This document shows, in pieces, positions 9,758 to 18,420 of a stretch of 42,968 bases of DNA; the first letter of the stretch is position 1; each line of letters opens with the position of its first letter. A program made the translations under genes and the position numbers. The notes below the pieces were generated by a model. The model ran no database searches. It worked only from the letters and a program-made list of their open reading frames with translations, and had not been told where the DNA came from. The stretch is from an uncultured Muribaculaceae bacterium (lineage in GTDB: Bacteria > Bacillota_I > Bacilli_A > RF39 > UBA660). The stretch covers positions 1-42,968 of the forward strand of contig CAZTXU010000001.1 of NCBI GenBank assembly GCA_964617705.1, read 5' to 3'.

Positions 9758-10123
9758 CTAATCAGTTGCTTCTTTAACATCAACACTATATTTATATCCT
9801 TCGTTAGTATTTGTAATAGTAATAGTTGTTTCGTTACTAAATTTTTTATTACTAATTGGACTTATAATATCTTCGGTTACATATCCTTCTTCTTTTAATG
9901 TTTCTAATGTAATTGTATAACTACTACCTAAACTTGGTAAATAACTACTATTATCAACAAAATAATTTTTAGTATCTTCGATAATGTTATTTATTTGAAT
10001 ATCGTAAGCATTCTTTCTATTATCTTTTAATGTTTTATCAACTATTGTAACAACGATTGTAGCAATAATTCCTAGTAATACTATAACTCCTAATAATTCA
10101 ACTAAAGTAAAACCTTTCTTCAT
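9758..10123 (-). CDS. Type IV pilin / pseudopilin-like protein (prepilin N-terminal cleavage-methylation motif)
   Basis: MKKGFTLVELLGVIVLLGIIATIVV matches the class III signal G/FTLxE. The ATG overlaps the murC stop (TAATG). Confidence 0.75.
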   Translation of the reverse strand: MKKGFTLVELLGVIVLLGIIATIVVTIVDKTLKDNRKNAYDIQINNIIEDTKNYFVDNSSYLPSLGSSYTITLETLKEEGYVTEDIISPISNKKFSNETTITITNTNEGYKYSVDVKEATD

Positions 10124-11424
10124 TATTCACCTTCTAACATTTTTTCATATTTTTCTTGTAATACATATATATCTTTACTACTCATAAATATCATTACTGC
10201 GTTTTTATGTTTTAATAATTTATCAACTAAATCAAGAGACATATATTCACAATTTTCTACTTTTTCTTGAATAACTTTATAAGTTACGTCATCATAACCA
10301 ATTTCTTCTCTGTCTACGCCAATATCCATAATATATGATTTATCGGCAAGTTTTAAAGCTTCAGCAAATTCTGTTGCCATTTCTTTAGTTCTTGATAAAG
10401 TATGAGTTTTTAAAATAGCAACTATTTCTTTATCTGGATATTTTTGTCTAGCTCCTTTAATTGTTACTTTTACTTCGGTTGGATGATGAGCATAATCATC
10501 AATTGTTATGATATCTCCAATTACTTTTTCTTTAAATCTTCTTTTGGCTCCTTTAAATGTTTTTAAATTTTTGGCTACTTCTTTTGCATCTAATCTTTCA
10601 TAATAGCAAATACCAATAACTGCTAATGAATTTAAAAGCATATGTTTTCCATATAAAGGTAAATCAAAATGACCATAATAATTATCTTCGACATAAACAT
10701 CAAAACTAGTACCTTCGTTAGTATAATTAACTTCTTTAGCAATTATATCGTTATCTTCGTTTAAGCCGTAGTAAAATATTGGTTTTTTAGGTTCTAACAT
10801 GTGGGTATATTGATCATCGCCACAAGCAATAACCATTTTTTCAGCATTGTTTGCATATTCTTTAAAAGCATCAATGTAATCATCAATATCTTTATAATAA
10901 TCTATGTGGTCTAATTCGATATTGGTAATTATTGCATATTGTGGGGTATAGCTTAAGAAATGTCTTTTATATTCACATGCTTCTAATATAAAATAATTGT
11001 TTTCTTTTATTGCAAATCCACTACCATCACCGATTAAATAATTGCAACCAACCATATTATTTAATACATGGCTTATCATTGCACTTGTTGTTGTTTTTCC
11101 ATGACAACCTGCAACTGTTATTGTATTAAACATTTTTGTTAATTTTCCAACCATTTCTTGATATGAATATATTTTTAAATTTAATTCTTTAGCTCTTACT
11201 ACTTCTTCATGGGTATCAGAAAAAGCATTTCCTTGAACTATAATCATATTTTCTTTAATGTTATCTTTATTAAATGGTAATATTTTAATACCTCTTTCAA
11301 TTAAAGGTTTTTCAGTGAAGAAATGATCTGGTTTATCACTTCCTTCTACTTCATAGCCTAAATCAAATAATATTTGGGCTAAAGCACTCATACCAGTCCC
11401 TTTTATTCCTATAAAATAATACAT
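10123..11424 (-). CDS. murC: UDP-N-acetylmuramate--L-alanine ligase
   Basis: Motifs: YYFIGIKGTGMSALAQIL and GCHGKTTTSAMI. I chose the start at 11424 (AAGGAGG 7 nt upstream). The longer ORF start at 11490 lies inside the predicted promoter. Confidence 0.85.
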   Translation of the reverse strand: MYYFIGIKGTGMSALAQILFDLGYEVEGSDKPDHFFTEKPLIERGIKILPFNKDNIKENMIIVQGNAFSDTHEEVVRAKELNLKIYSYQEMVGKLTKMFNTITVAGCHGKTTTSAMISHVLNNMVGCNYLIGDGSGFAIKENNYFILEACEYKRHFLSYTPQYAIITNIELDHIDYYKDIDDYIDAFKEYANNAEKMVIACGDDQYTHMLEPKKPIFYYGLNEDNDIIAKEVNYTNEGTSFDVYVEDNYYGHFDLPLYGKHMLLNSLAVIGICYYERLDAKEVAKNLKTFKGAKRRFKEKVIGDIITIDDYAHHPTEVKVTIKGARQKYPDKEIVAILKTHTLSRTKEMATEFAEALKLADKSYIMDIGVDREEIGYDDVTYKVIQEKVENCEYMSLDLVDKLLKHKNAVMIFMSSKDIYVLQEKYEKMLEGE

Positions 11425-11461
11425 AGCATCCTCCTTATAGTTCAGTATATTCATTAATAAT

Positions 11462-11490
11462 ATTTTAACGCAAATATTTGTTATAGTCAA
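11462..11490 (-). promoter_or_regulatory. Sigma-A-like promoter of murC
   Basis: Minus strand reads TTGACT, a 17-nt spacer, then TAAAAT. Confidence 0.5.
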
Positions 11491-11504
11491 TAATTAATAT
11501 CAAG

Positions 11505-11529
11505 TACAAAAAAACTGTGTGTCCACAGT
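11505..11529 (-). terminator. Rho-independent terminator after the 620-aa pseudopilin gene
   Basis: Hairpin ACTGTG-TGTC-CACAGT sits directly after the stop and is followed by a run of T on the minus strand. Confidence 0.7.
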
Positions 11530-11530
11530 T

Positions 11531-13393
11531 TTAGAAATCTGATAAAACGCTACGAGTAGAATATCCGCTATCAGAACCACCATATCCATTACTAAAAGCA
11601 AATATTCCAGCAACTGAACCATCATAGTATCTACCGCCTCGTAAAAACCAAGAACTATTATAATATGGAAAAGATGCGTCATCTGAATACCATCCACCAG
11701 TAGTACTTCCAAATGAATTTAGAGTTTCTTTAGTTGCATCTCCTAATTTTCCTCTTGATTGAATTGTATATGATTGATTATATTTATACATATCATAATA
11801 TTTTGTTGTTGGAATAGAGGTAAATTCGGCTCTATTAGAATAAAATTCATCATTTTCTGTCAGCATATTTCCCATTGTAAATTCCCATGCTCCACCTGAC
11901 ATATCATATACTCCATAAATATTTCCTGTTGTACTTGCTTTCATTCCATTTGTTGTATTATATAAATTACATGTTGAACTTACTGCACTTCCTGCTGCTG
12001 CTCCACATCCAGTTTTTGGAATCCCAATAAAAGTTCCATCACTTGTATAATTATTTGTTCCTATATCGGTTGAGCCTAACCCATATTTACTTTGTTTTAA
12101 ATATGCTACTGCTCCCCATTCAGTATTTTTAATCATGTGTGAGTCAGCATTATTTATTTTGTATGTTGTTTTCATATTTTGAATTGAAGTAAAGAAATTG
12201 GATACAGATACTCCTCTTAGGCTAGTTACATTTGGTTTTATTGTTATTTTATCTATATTGCCACTTACTTCAAATTTTCCTATCCAAAATCCTTTCAAAT
12301 TTGTATTACCAAAAGTGAATGCTGGATGAGTATAAGTAGAAGTTCCATTAACTATGCTTCCATTTGTGTCACTACATATCTCACTTCTATTGTCTTCAGT
12401 AAAATCATCAATACACGTTACTGTTCCAGTTTTTTCTACTTCATTTTCAAAAATTACATCAATTAATTGTTCTTCTACACCTTCATTATTTCCATTGAAT
12501 ATTGTATATTTATATCTTGGTATCCATACATACCATAAGGCAATATCAGTTTCTTTTATTTCGTCTCCCACTGATTTTGTTATTCCTTCATTTAAAATAA
12601 CAGCATTTGCCCATTGTTTTTTTCTATAATTATACCAATTTTTCTGTGTTCCATTGCTATATATCCATTTGTTTCCATCATATACAATTGGTATCATTTT
12701 ATTATATAATATTGGTCTATTTGCTCCACTATTATCAGCTAATAAAGGTAGTATTACTTCTTTTACATTTAAAGTTATGCTTGCTTCAGCTTTCTTTTTG
12801 TTTGTTCCGATTGCTGTACATTTTACTGTATGACTTCCAACTTGTAATAAATTTACATTAACAGTATCACAAATAACTTCCCCACCAGTTACTCCAAAAG
12901 TAACATTAAAATATTTTTTAATTTTTTGATTGGTTTCTTCGTTTACTTCTATAGTTTCGTTTTTAGGTGTTATGGTGGGTAATACGTTATCTGTTCCATC
13001 TTTAATACAATTTACTTTTCCTGTTGTTAAATCATTACTACAAGTATAATTTTTCATTGATTTAAATTTTACATTTTGAATTTTTATTCCTCTTTCGGTT
13101 GAATCACTTGAATTATCAATTTGCCATGTTCCATAATATGGGTGTTCACCTGATAATGTTAAGTCGTCAACATTACCAGATAAATTAACTTTTCCATCTT
13201 CACTATTTAATAAATTTTCAACATAATTTGTTTTTACAGCATCGATTACGCCATAACAACTATTTTCTAATGCTTTTAATTTAGTGTTTTCTATTATATT
13301 AAAAATTATTGGTGTGGCTATTAAAATTATTATTGCCAGTACTATTATTACAGCTAATAATTCAATTAAAGTAAACCCTTTTTTATTCATCAT
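11531..13393 (-). CDS. Pseudopilin-anchored protein with Ig-like middle region and C-terminal FGE-sulfatase (SUMF1)-like domain
   Basis: N-terminus MMNKKGFTLIELLAVIIVLAIIIL is a prepilin motif. C-terminal-half motifs: FWIGKFEVS, NTEWGAVAY, GVYDMSGGAWEF (compare GxYDMxGNVWEW), and FLRGGRYY (compare RGGSW). Confidence 0.7.
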   Translation of the reverse strand: MMNKKGFTLIELLAVIIVLAIIILIATPIIFNIIENTKLKALENSCYGVIDAVKTNYVENLLNSEDGKVNLSGNVDDLTLSGEHPYYGTWQIDNSSDSTERGIKIQNVKFKSMKNYTCSNDLTTGKVNCIKDGTDNVLPTITPKNETIEVNEETNQKIKKYFNVTFGVTGGEVICDTVNVNLLQVGSHTVKCTAIGTNKKKAEASITLNVKEVILPLLADNSGANRPILYNKMIPIVYDGNKWIYSNGTQKNWYNYRKKQWANAVILNEGITKSVGDEIKETDIALWYVWIPRYKYTIFNGNNEGVEEQLIDVIFENEVEKTGTVTCIDDFTEDNRSEICSDTNGSIVNGTSTYTHPAFTFGNTNLKGFWIGKFEVSGNIDKITIKPNVTSLRGVSVSNFFTSIQNMKTTYKINNADSHMIKNTEWGAVAYLKQSKYGLGSTDIGTNNYTSDGTFIGIPKTGCGAAAGSAVSSTCNLYNTTNGMKASTTGNIYGVYDMSGGAWEFTMGNMLTENDEFYSNRAEFTSIPTTKYYDMYKYNQSYTIQSRGKLGDATKETLNSFGSTTGGWYSDDASFPYYNSSWFLRGGRYYDGSVAGIFAFSNGYGGSDSGYSTRSVLSDF

Positions 13394-13439
13394 TTCTTTC
13401 CTTCCTTTTTAGTATAAATGAAACTTATTATACTAAAAT

Positions 13440-14705
13440 TTATTCAGTATATTCAAATTCATAATCTAATATACGAATAGTATCTCCTTCTAAAGCACCT
13501 AGTTCTTTTAATTTATCATCAACTCCTAAGTGTCTTAATTTACTAGCAAAACGAGTTGCTGCTTCATCAGTATTAAATTTGGTCATACGAAGTAATTTTT
13601 CAACAACTTCACCTTTTATTACATAACAATCATCTTCTTTAATAATTGTAAAAGGTTCTTTTTCTTCAAATTTATATAAAACATGACTTTCAAATTTTTC
13701 TTCTTCATATAGTGGTTTTTTTTCAATGTTATCTAACATATTAGATAATACTTCAATAACTTCTTTTAAGCCTTCGCTTGTAATAGCTTTAATAGGATAT
13801 ACATTAGAAACTTTTTTCTTAAATTCTTCTAAATTTTCTAAAGATTTTGGCATATCCATTTTATTAGCAATAACTATTTGTGGTTTTTCTAATATTTTAG
13901 GATTAAAATCTTTTAATTCTTTGTTTATTTTAACATAATCTTCGTAAGGATTTCTTCCTTCAGTTGAACCCATATCTATAACATGGGCGATTATTCTTGT
14001 TCTTTCAATATGTTTTAAAAATTGGTCTCCTAGTCCTTCTCCTAAACTAGCTCCTTCAATTAATCCTGGTAAATCTGCTACTACAAATGATTTATTATTA
14101 GCTTTTACAACACCTAAATTAGGTTTTAATGTTGTAAAATGATAAGCAGCAATTTTTGGTTTAGCTGCTGATATTTTAGATATTATTGTCGATTTACCAA
14201 CGCTTGGCATACCAACTAATCCAACATCTGCTAACAATTTTAATTCAACTTTAATATTTTTAATTTCACCTGGTTCGCCTGCTTCAGCATACCTTGGAGC
14301 TGGATTAGATTGTGTGGCAAAGGCTATATTTCCTCTACCACCTCGCCCACCATGAGCAACTATAACTTCATCATCTTTTTTAGTTAAATCAGCAATAATT
14401 AAATTAGTATCTAAATCTGTAATTATTGTGCCTAATGGAACTCTTATAACTATATCTTCTGCTTTAGAACCATTCATACCTTTTCCTAATCCATTATTAC
14501 CTTTTTTACCTTTAATTTGTTTTTGGTATCTTAAATCAACTAATGTATTTAATCCTTCATCAACTTTAAAAATAATATCTGAACCTTTACCACCATTACC
14601 GCCATAAGGTCCACCCATTTCAATATACTTTTCTCTTCTAAAAGCCATACATCCATCGCCACCAGTTCCAGCGATTAAGATTAGCTTAACCTCATCTATA
14701 AACAT
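13440..14705 (-). CDS. obg: GTPase Obg/CgtA
   Basis: MFIDEVKLILIAGTGGDGCMAFRREKY, Gly-rich N-terminal domain, G1 motif GMPSVGKST, and a C-terminal OCT-like domain. Confidence 0.9.
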   Translation of the reverse strand: MFIDEVKLILIAGTGGDGCMAFRREKYIEMGGPYGGNGGKGSDIIFKVDEGLNTLVDLRYQKQIKGKKGNNGLGKGMNGSKAEDIVIRVPLGTIITDLDTNLIIADLTKKDDEVIVAHGGRGGRGNIAFATQSNPAPRYAEAGEPGEIKNIKVELKLLADVGLVGMPSVGKSTIISKISAAKPKIAAYHFTTLKPNLGVVKANNKSFVVADLPGLIEGASLGEGLGDQFLKHIERTRIIAHVIDMGSTEGRNPYEDYVKINKELKDFNPKILEKPQIVIANKMDMPKSLENLEEFKKKVSNVYPIKAITSEGLKEVIEVLSNMLDNIEKKPLYEEEKFESHVLYKFEEKEPFTIIKEDDCYVIKGEVVEKLLRMTKFNTDEAATRFASKLRHLGVDDKLKELGALEGDTIRILDYEFEYTE

Positions 14706-14726
14706 AATATCACCCGTTATGAACTC

Positions 14727-14755
14727 ATTATAAATATTTTTATCTAAAAAGTCAA
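14727..14755 (-). promoter_or_regulatory. Sigma-A-like promoter of obg
   Basis: Minus strand reads TTGACT, a 17-nt spacer, then TATAAT. Confidence 0.55.
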
Positions 14756-14774
14756 GTTGTTTAAAAGTATTGAA

Positions 14775-15104
14775 TTATTCAACTTTATAATATAAGAAAA
14801 GTGCTAGAACGCCTATTAAAATATATATAATTCCAATAGTTGTAATAGTTCTAAAAATTCTTGGAATTAAAATATTTATCATGTCAGCATATTCTTCAAA
14901 AAATAAAATAATTAAATTAGGTATAAATAATCTTAATATTATAAACAAAAATCCGCTTATAATAATAGTAATTCCTAATAATTTTAATGGTTTTTTAAAA
15001 CTATGATTAAATAAAGATAAAAATAAGTACATTATACCAACAAATAATAGTAATATTAACCATAAATATGGACTTTTTATAATATTAATTATAGTATCAT
15101 TCAT
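14775..15104 (-). CDS. Small polytopic membrane protein, unknown function
   Basis: 109-aa ORF made almost entirely of hydrophobic helices. It overlaps the upstream ORF by 8 nt. Confidence 0.5.
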   Translation of the reverse strand: MNDTIINIIKSPYLWLILLLFVGIMYLFLSLFNHSFKKPLKLLGITIIISGFLFIILRLFIPNLIILFFEEYADMINILIPRIFRTITTIGIIYILIGVLALFLYYKVE

Positions 15105-15597
15105 CTATATCACCTAACTCTTCTCTTAAAATTTTATTAATTTCATTTAATATTTCATCTCGATTAATTTCAATATTTTCTTCTTTAATTATTTTATTTA
15201 TTTGTTCATTTTCTAATAATTTATCTATATCTTTTTTATCTAATTGTGGGATTGTTTCATTAGTTAATTGATAATCAACAACTTCACTGATTACTTTTCC
15301 TAAAACATCTTTTACTTCTTTGCTTTCAATAATTTCAAGAGCTAGTGAACTATCAATATCTTCTTCAAGACTTATTATAATTGCTTCTTCAATTGTTACA
15401 TCACCAAATTCTTCTGTTAGTTCTTTAATTCCTAATTCTGATACTTTAATTTCTTTTATATCGATACTATTTAAAATTTCAGTGTAATAATTTGGATTAA
15501 AAAATCTGCTAACTAAAAAAGATAAACCAAATATTGTTATTCCTATAAAAAAGATAATGGAAAAAAGAAAAGAAAAGAATTTTTCAATAATTTTCAT
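15097..15597 (-). CDS. Membrane-anchored acidic protein, unknown function
   Basis: 166 aa with N-terminal TM FSFLFSIIFFIGITIFGLSFLV followed by a Glu/Asp/Ile-rich tail. GGAGGCATGT precedes the ATG. Confidence 0.5.
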   Translation of the reverse strand: MKIIEKFFSFLFSIIFFIGITIFGLSFLVSRFFNPNYYTEILNSIDIKEIKVSELGIKELTEEFGDVTIEEAIIISLEEDIDSSLALEIIESKEVKDVLGKVISEVVDYQLTNETIPQLDKKDIDKLLENEQINKIIKEENIEINRDEILNEINKILREELGDIDE

Positions 15598-15614
15598 ACA
15601 TGCCTCCTTTTTAA

Positions 15615-15651
15615 ATATAAAAAAAGTGTTTATAAACTTGGATAAACACTT
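15615..15651 (-). terminator. Rho-independent terminator/attenuator overlapping the rpmA stop
   Basis: 10-bp stem AAGTGTTTAT/ATAAACACTT with an 8-nt loop, followed by a T run on the minus strand. Confidence 0.55.
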
Positions 15652-15908
15652 ACTTGTTTTTTGTCTTTTCCTTTTCGTTCAAATTTTACGTAACCATCAA
15701 TTTTAGCATAAACTGTATCATCAGAACCAATTCCTACATTAGTTCCTGGATAAATTTTTGTTCCTCTTTGACGATAGATAATTGAACCTCCAGTTACATA
15801 TTCGCCATCACTAGCTTTAGCACCTAGTCTTTTTGAAATTGAATCACGACCATTTTTAGTAGATCCTTGACCTTTTTTATGAGCGAATAATTGTATATTT
15901 AATTGCAT
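15630..15908 (-). CDS. rpmA: 50S ribosomal protein L27 with Firmicutes-type N-terminal propeptide
   Basis: [23 protein letters not shown]...[12 protein letters not shown] chose the start at 15908 so the N-terminus matches the MLKLNLQFFASKKG-type propeptide. Confidence 0.9.
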   Translation of the reverse strand: MQLNIQLFAHKKGQGSTKNGRDSISKRLGAKASDGEYVTGGSIIYRQRGTKIYPGTNVGIGSDDTVYAKIDGYVKFERKGKDKKQVSVYPSL

Positions 15909-15922
15909 CAATTCAAACACAA

Positions 15923-16207
15923 TCAACACCTCCTTATATTTTTTGGATATTGTTTTTCTAATTCTTTTAATAAATCTAACATATTTGTTATTAAAATATT
16001 AATAACTTCATCTTTTTCTAATATTTCGATAATTAATTTTTCATCATTAGTGTATTTAATTGCTTTATTTTTATATTTTAAAATAGCATTAACAGTAGTA
16101 ATTACTATGCTTGATACACTAGCACATACTATATCTTTTCCATATTCATCAAAATTAGCATGACCACTTATGATTATTTTATTATCTAATTCTTTAATTT
16201 TTATCAT
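15923..16207 (-). CDS. prp: Ribosomal-processing cysteine protease Prp
   Basis: 94 aa lying between rplU and rpmA. Motif: [19 protein letters not shown]. Confidence 0.8.
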   Translation of the reverse strand: MIKIKELDNKIIISGHANFDEYGKDIVCASVSSIVITTVNAILKYKNKAIKYTNDEKLIIEILEKDEVINILITNMLDLLKELEKQYPKNIRRC

Positions 16208-16208
16208 A

Positions 16209-16511
16209 TTAATTCTCTTTTATACTTTTAATTTCAACTTTAGTATATGGTTGACGATGACCTTGAGTTTTACGATATTTTTTCTTAGCGTTATATTTAA
16301 ATACTTTAATTTTTTTGTTTTTACCGTGTTTTAAAACTTCACCAGTCACTACTATATTGTTTAAAAATGGTCTCCCACTTACACCATTAGCCATTAAAAC
16401 TTTATCAAATTTAACTTCTTTTCCAGTTTCAACATCTAATTTTTCAACGTAAATAATTGAGCCTTCTTCAACATAGTATTGTTTTCCTCCAGTTTCGATT
16501 ACTGCTTTCAT
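16209..16511 (-). CDS. rplU: 50S ribosomal protein L21
   Basis: [25 protein letters not shown]...[11 protein letters not shown]. Confidence 0.9.
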   Translation of the reverse strand: MKAVIETGGKQYYVEEGSIIYVEKLDVETGKEVKFDKVLMANGVSGRPFLNNIVVTGEVLKHGKNKKIKVFKYNAKKKYRKTQGHRQPYTKVEIKSIKEN

Positions 16512-16601
16512 ATTTTACCTCCTTTAATCTCAGACTCGCCATCAAGGTACATTACTGTTTTACAACCTTTTCTGTGCGGTTGTAGAGAGGTCTCTACACA
16601 G
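16512..16601 (-). promoter_or_regulatory. Probable L21 ribosomal-protein leader RNA
   Basis: A 5' UTR of about 90 nt that is conspicuously GC-richer than its surroundings. The minus strand contains nested pairings CUGUG..GUAGAG-ACCU-CUCUAC..CGCACAG and ACAACC/GGUUGU. The position, upstream of rplU, matches the Firmicutes L21 leader. Confidence 0.5.
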
Positions 16602-16607
16602 TTATTC

Positions 16608-16636
16608 ATTTTAGCACATTTTCTTTTATTTGTCAA
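16608..16636 (-). promoter_or_regulatory. Sigma-A-like promoter of the rplU-prp-rpmA operon
   Basis: Minus strand reads TTGACA, a 17-nt spacer, then TGCTAAAAT (extended -10). The -35 element lies across the stop of the M50 protease gene. Confidence 0.6.
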
Positions 16637-17342
16637 ATATTTTCCGCAATATCTCTTTCTCTGTATACCATTTATTTTCAACATTAAATAAGTGTTTTCT
16701 ACACAAACTCATTTGTTTTAATTTTGTTACTTTTTTTGTTTTTTTATAATTAAAATTATACAAATATCTTTCTAATAAAAATTTATTAAAAATTTCTTTT
16801 ATTTTTTTATGTTCTTGTATTACTTTACTTAAAATTAATAACATTATTAAAACTAACAATATGTTTTTATATTTTAACAATATTAAAAAAATCATTAAAT
16901 AAGATAAATAAATCATTATATTTAAACTTTTGTAAAAAGAAAATAAATTATTAAAAATTATATTAAATATTTTCGAACCATCTAAAGGATAAATTGGTAT
17001 TAAATTAAATATTAACAATGAATAATGAATATTTAATAATGAATAATCTTTAATAAATAAACCTAATATAAGTTGAAAAATAGGTCCTAACAAAACGACA
17101 AACAATTCTTCTTTTAATGAATGGTTTATTTTATTATCAAATATAGTTAAACCGGAAAAAGGCATTATAACTATTTTATCAATTTTCCAGTTACATATTA
17201 AACCAGCTAATATATGACCTATTTCATGAAATAAAATTAGAAAAGTAAAAAACAAGAAAAATTTAAAATAACCTGTTACTATACAAACAATAGCTACAAC
17301 ATAAAAAAAAGGATGGATTTTAAATGTATGGTTTGTAATCAA
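16626..17342 (-). CDS. M50 family site-2 metalloprotease (SpoIVFB-like)
   Basis: Polytopic membrane protein with HEIGH and FNLIPIYPLDG motifs. Its position upstream of rplU matches Bacillus spoIVFB. Confidence 0.75.
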   Translation of the reverse strand: MITNHTFKIHPFFYVVAIVCIVTGYFKFFLFFTFLILFHEIGHILAGLICNWKIDKIVIMPFSGLTIFDNKINHSLKEELFVVLLGPIFQLILGLFIKDYSLLNIHYSLLIFNLIPIYPLDGSKIFNIIFNNLFSFYKSLNIMIYLSYLMIFLILLKYKNILLVLIMLLILSKVIQEHKKIKEIFNKFLLERYLYNFNYKKTKKVTKLKQMSLCRKHLFNVENKWYTEKEILRKIFDK

Positions 17343-17844
17343 TTACCTCACCATTAGAAATAAATTTTAAATATAAGTCATTATTTACTTCTCCGATTAG
17401 GATACCACTATCTATATAATCATATAACTCAACACTAATACTTTCTAAATTAGAATACCAAACATCAATTCCATTTTGTTGTTGAACTATTACGGTATTG
17501 CCATAATCTTCTTTTTCTCCTATAAAAATAACAATTCCTTTTTCTAAACTAGGAACTAAATAATTACTTCCAACTTCTAACTTAACGCCATCTTTATATT
17601 TAGAAGATTCATTATATTTTAATTTTTCTTTAAAAACAGGAGTACTATCTTTTATTAAATCTTTAAAGGGGATAGGACTTCCAAATTTACTTTGATACCA
17701 ATTATTTATTGTTGCAAATGAAAAATTAGTATCGTAAACGTATTTATAAAATTTTGTTTTAAATTCTACATTTTGTTTTATCATTATTAAAACCAACAAC
17801 ATAATAATTAAGGAAAACAAAAATTTAATGATTACTTTTTTCAT
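17320..17844 (-). CDS. Membrane-anchored degenerate LytM/M23-domain protein (SpoIVFA-like)
   Basis: N-terminal TM. The C-terminal ..GIVIFIGEKEDYGNTVIVQQQNGIDVWYSNLESISV..GILIGEV.. follows the LytM fold pattern, but the HxxxD and HxH metal ligands are absent. It overlaps the M50 gene by 23 nt. Confidence 0.55.
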   Translation of the reverse strand: MKKVIIKFLFSLIIMLLVLIMIKQNVEFKTKFYKYVYDTNFSFATINNWYQSKFGSPIPFKDLIKDSTPVFKEKLKYNESSKYKDGVKLEVGSNYLVPSLEKGIVIFIGEKEDYGNTVIVQQQNGIDVWYSNLESISVELYDYIDSGILIGEVNNDLYLKFISNGEVIDYKPYI

Positions 17845-17891
17845 TCCATCACCATTAAATTATATTATAATTGTTAATTTAAAATGAATAC

Positions 17892-17912
17892 AAAAAAAGG
17901 TTAAATAACCTT
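17892..17912 (-). terminator. Rho-independent terminator after the PH-like gene
   Basis: Hairpin AAGGTTA..TAACCTT overlaps the stop and is followed by a T run on the minus strand. Confidence 0.5.
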
Positions 17913-18357
17913 AATCTATATCATTATATAATTTTTTAGCTTCTAACATAAAATTAGTAATTGTTGATTCTAATTCTGGTAGAGCATCTTTATCTATGTT
18001 AGATAGTTGAACTTCTTCTTTAATTGTATCAATACATAATTTCCCCCATATAATACCTGTTTTAATAGTTAAATCGTTATACATATCAGGAGTAATTGAT
18101 TTAAAGAAATGTCCAAATAACAATCTTTTTTGAGCTAAAATAATTCTTTCATTTGTTAATATAACAACGTAAGTCATAAATATTTCATATGAAAAATGAT
18201 TTTTTTGGCAGGCAAAAGCATATAAAACTTCTTCATTATCGCCAATATATTTTGAAACAAGTTTACAATGGGCTTTTAATCTCCAAGCAATTGTAGTTGA
18301 ATATTTACTTTTAAACTCTTTTACTTTTGAATAAATTTCATTAAAATTTTTAGCCAT
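17911..18357 (-). CDS. Bacterial PH-domain-like protein, unknown function
   Basis: The YVVILTNERIILAQKRLL..LTIKTG pattern is typical of bPH-type domains. I chose the start at 18357 (AAGGAG 7 nt upstream). Confidence 0.4.
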   Translation of the reverse strand: MAKNFNEIYSKVKEFKSKYSTTIAWRLKAHCKLVSKYIGDNEEVLYAFACQKNHFSYEIFMTYVVILTNERIILAQKRLLFGHFFKSITPDMYNDLTIKTGIIWGKLCIDTIKEEVQLSNIDKDALPELESTITNFMLEAKKLYNDID

Positions 18358-18420
18358 CTTATAACTCTCCTTCACTTAAGTCATATTATACCATATTTTT
18401 ATTAAAAATAGAAATAATTT

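Noticed and set aside
11425-11490. N-terminal extensions suggested by the longest-ORF track: murC from 11490, rpmA from 15929, hsdR from 38777, the recombinase from 34509, the PH-like gene from 18375, and the 129-aa ORF from 25953.
   Set aside because: In each case an internal ATG is preceded by a good Shine-Dalgarno sequence at 5-9 nt and gives the family-typical N-terminus. The extended versions would run into promoters or neighbouring genes.
11500-11712. 70-aa minus-strand ORF overlapping the 3' end of the 620-aa pseudopilin gene in another frame.
   Set aside because: It runs across the terminator hairpin, has no RBS, and overlaps the conserved FGE-like C-terminus of a much better-supported frame.
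14775-15597. The two small ORFs between rpmA and obg as a divergent spo0B.
   Set aside because: Both are predicted membrane proteins. I could see no four-helix-bundle phosphotransferase His motif, so only the genomic position matches.
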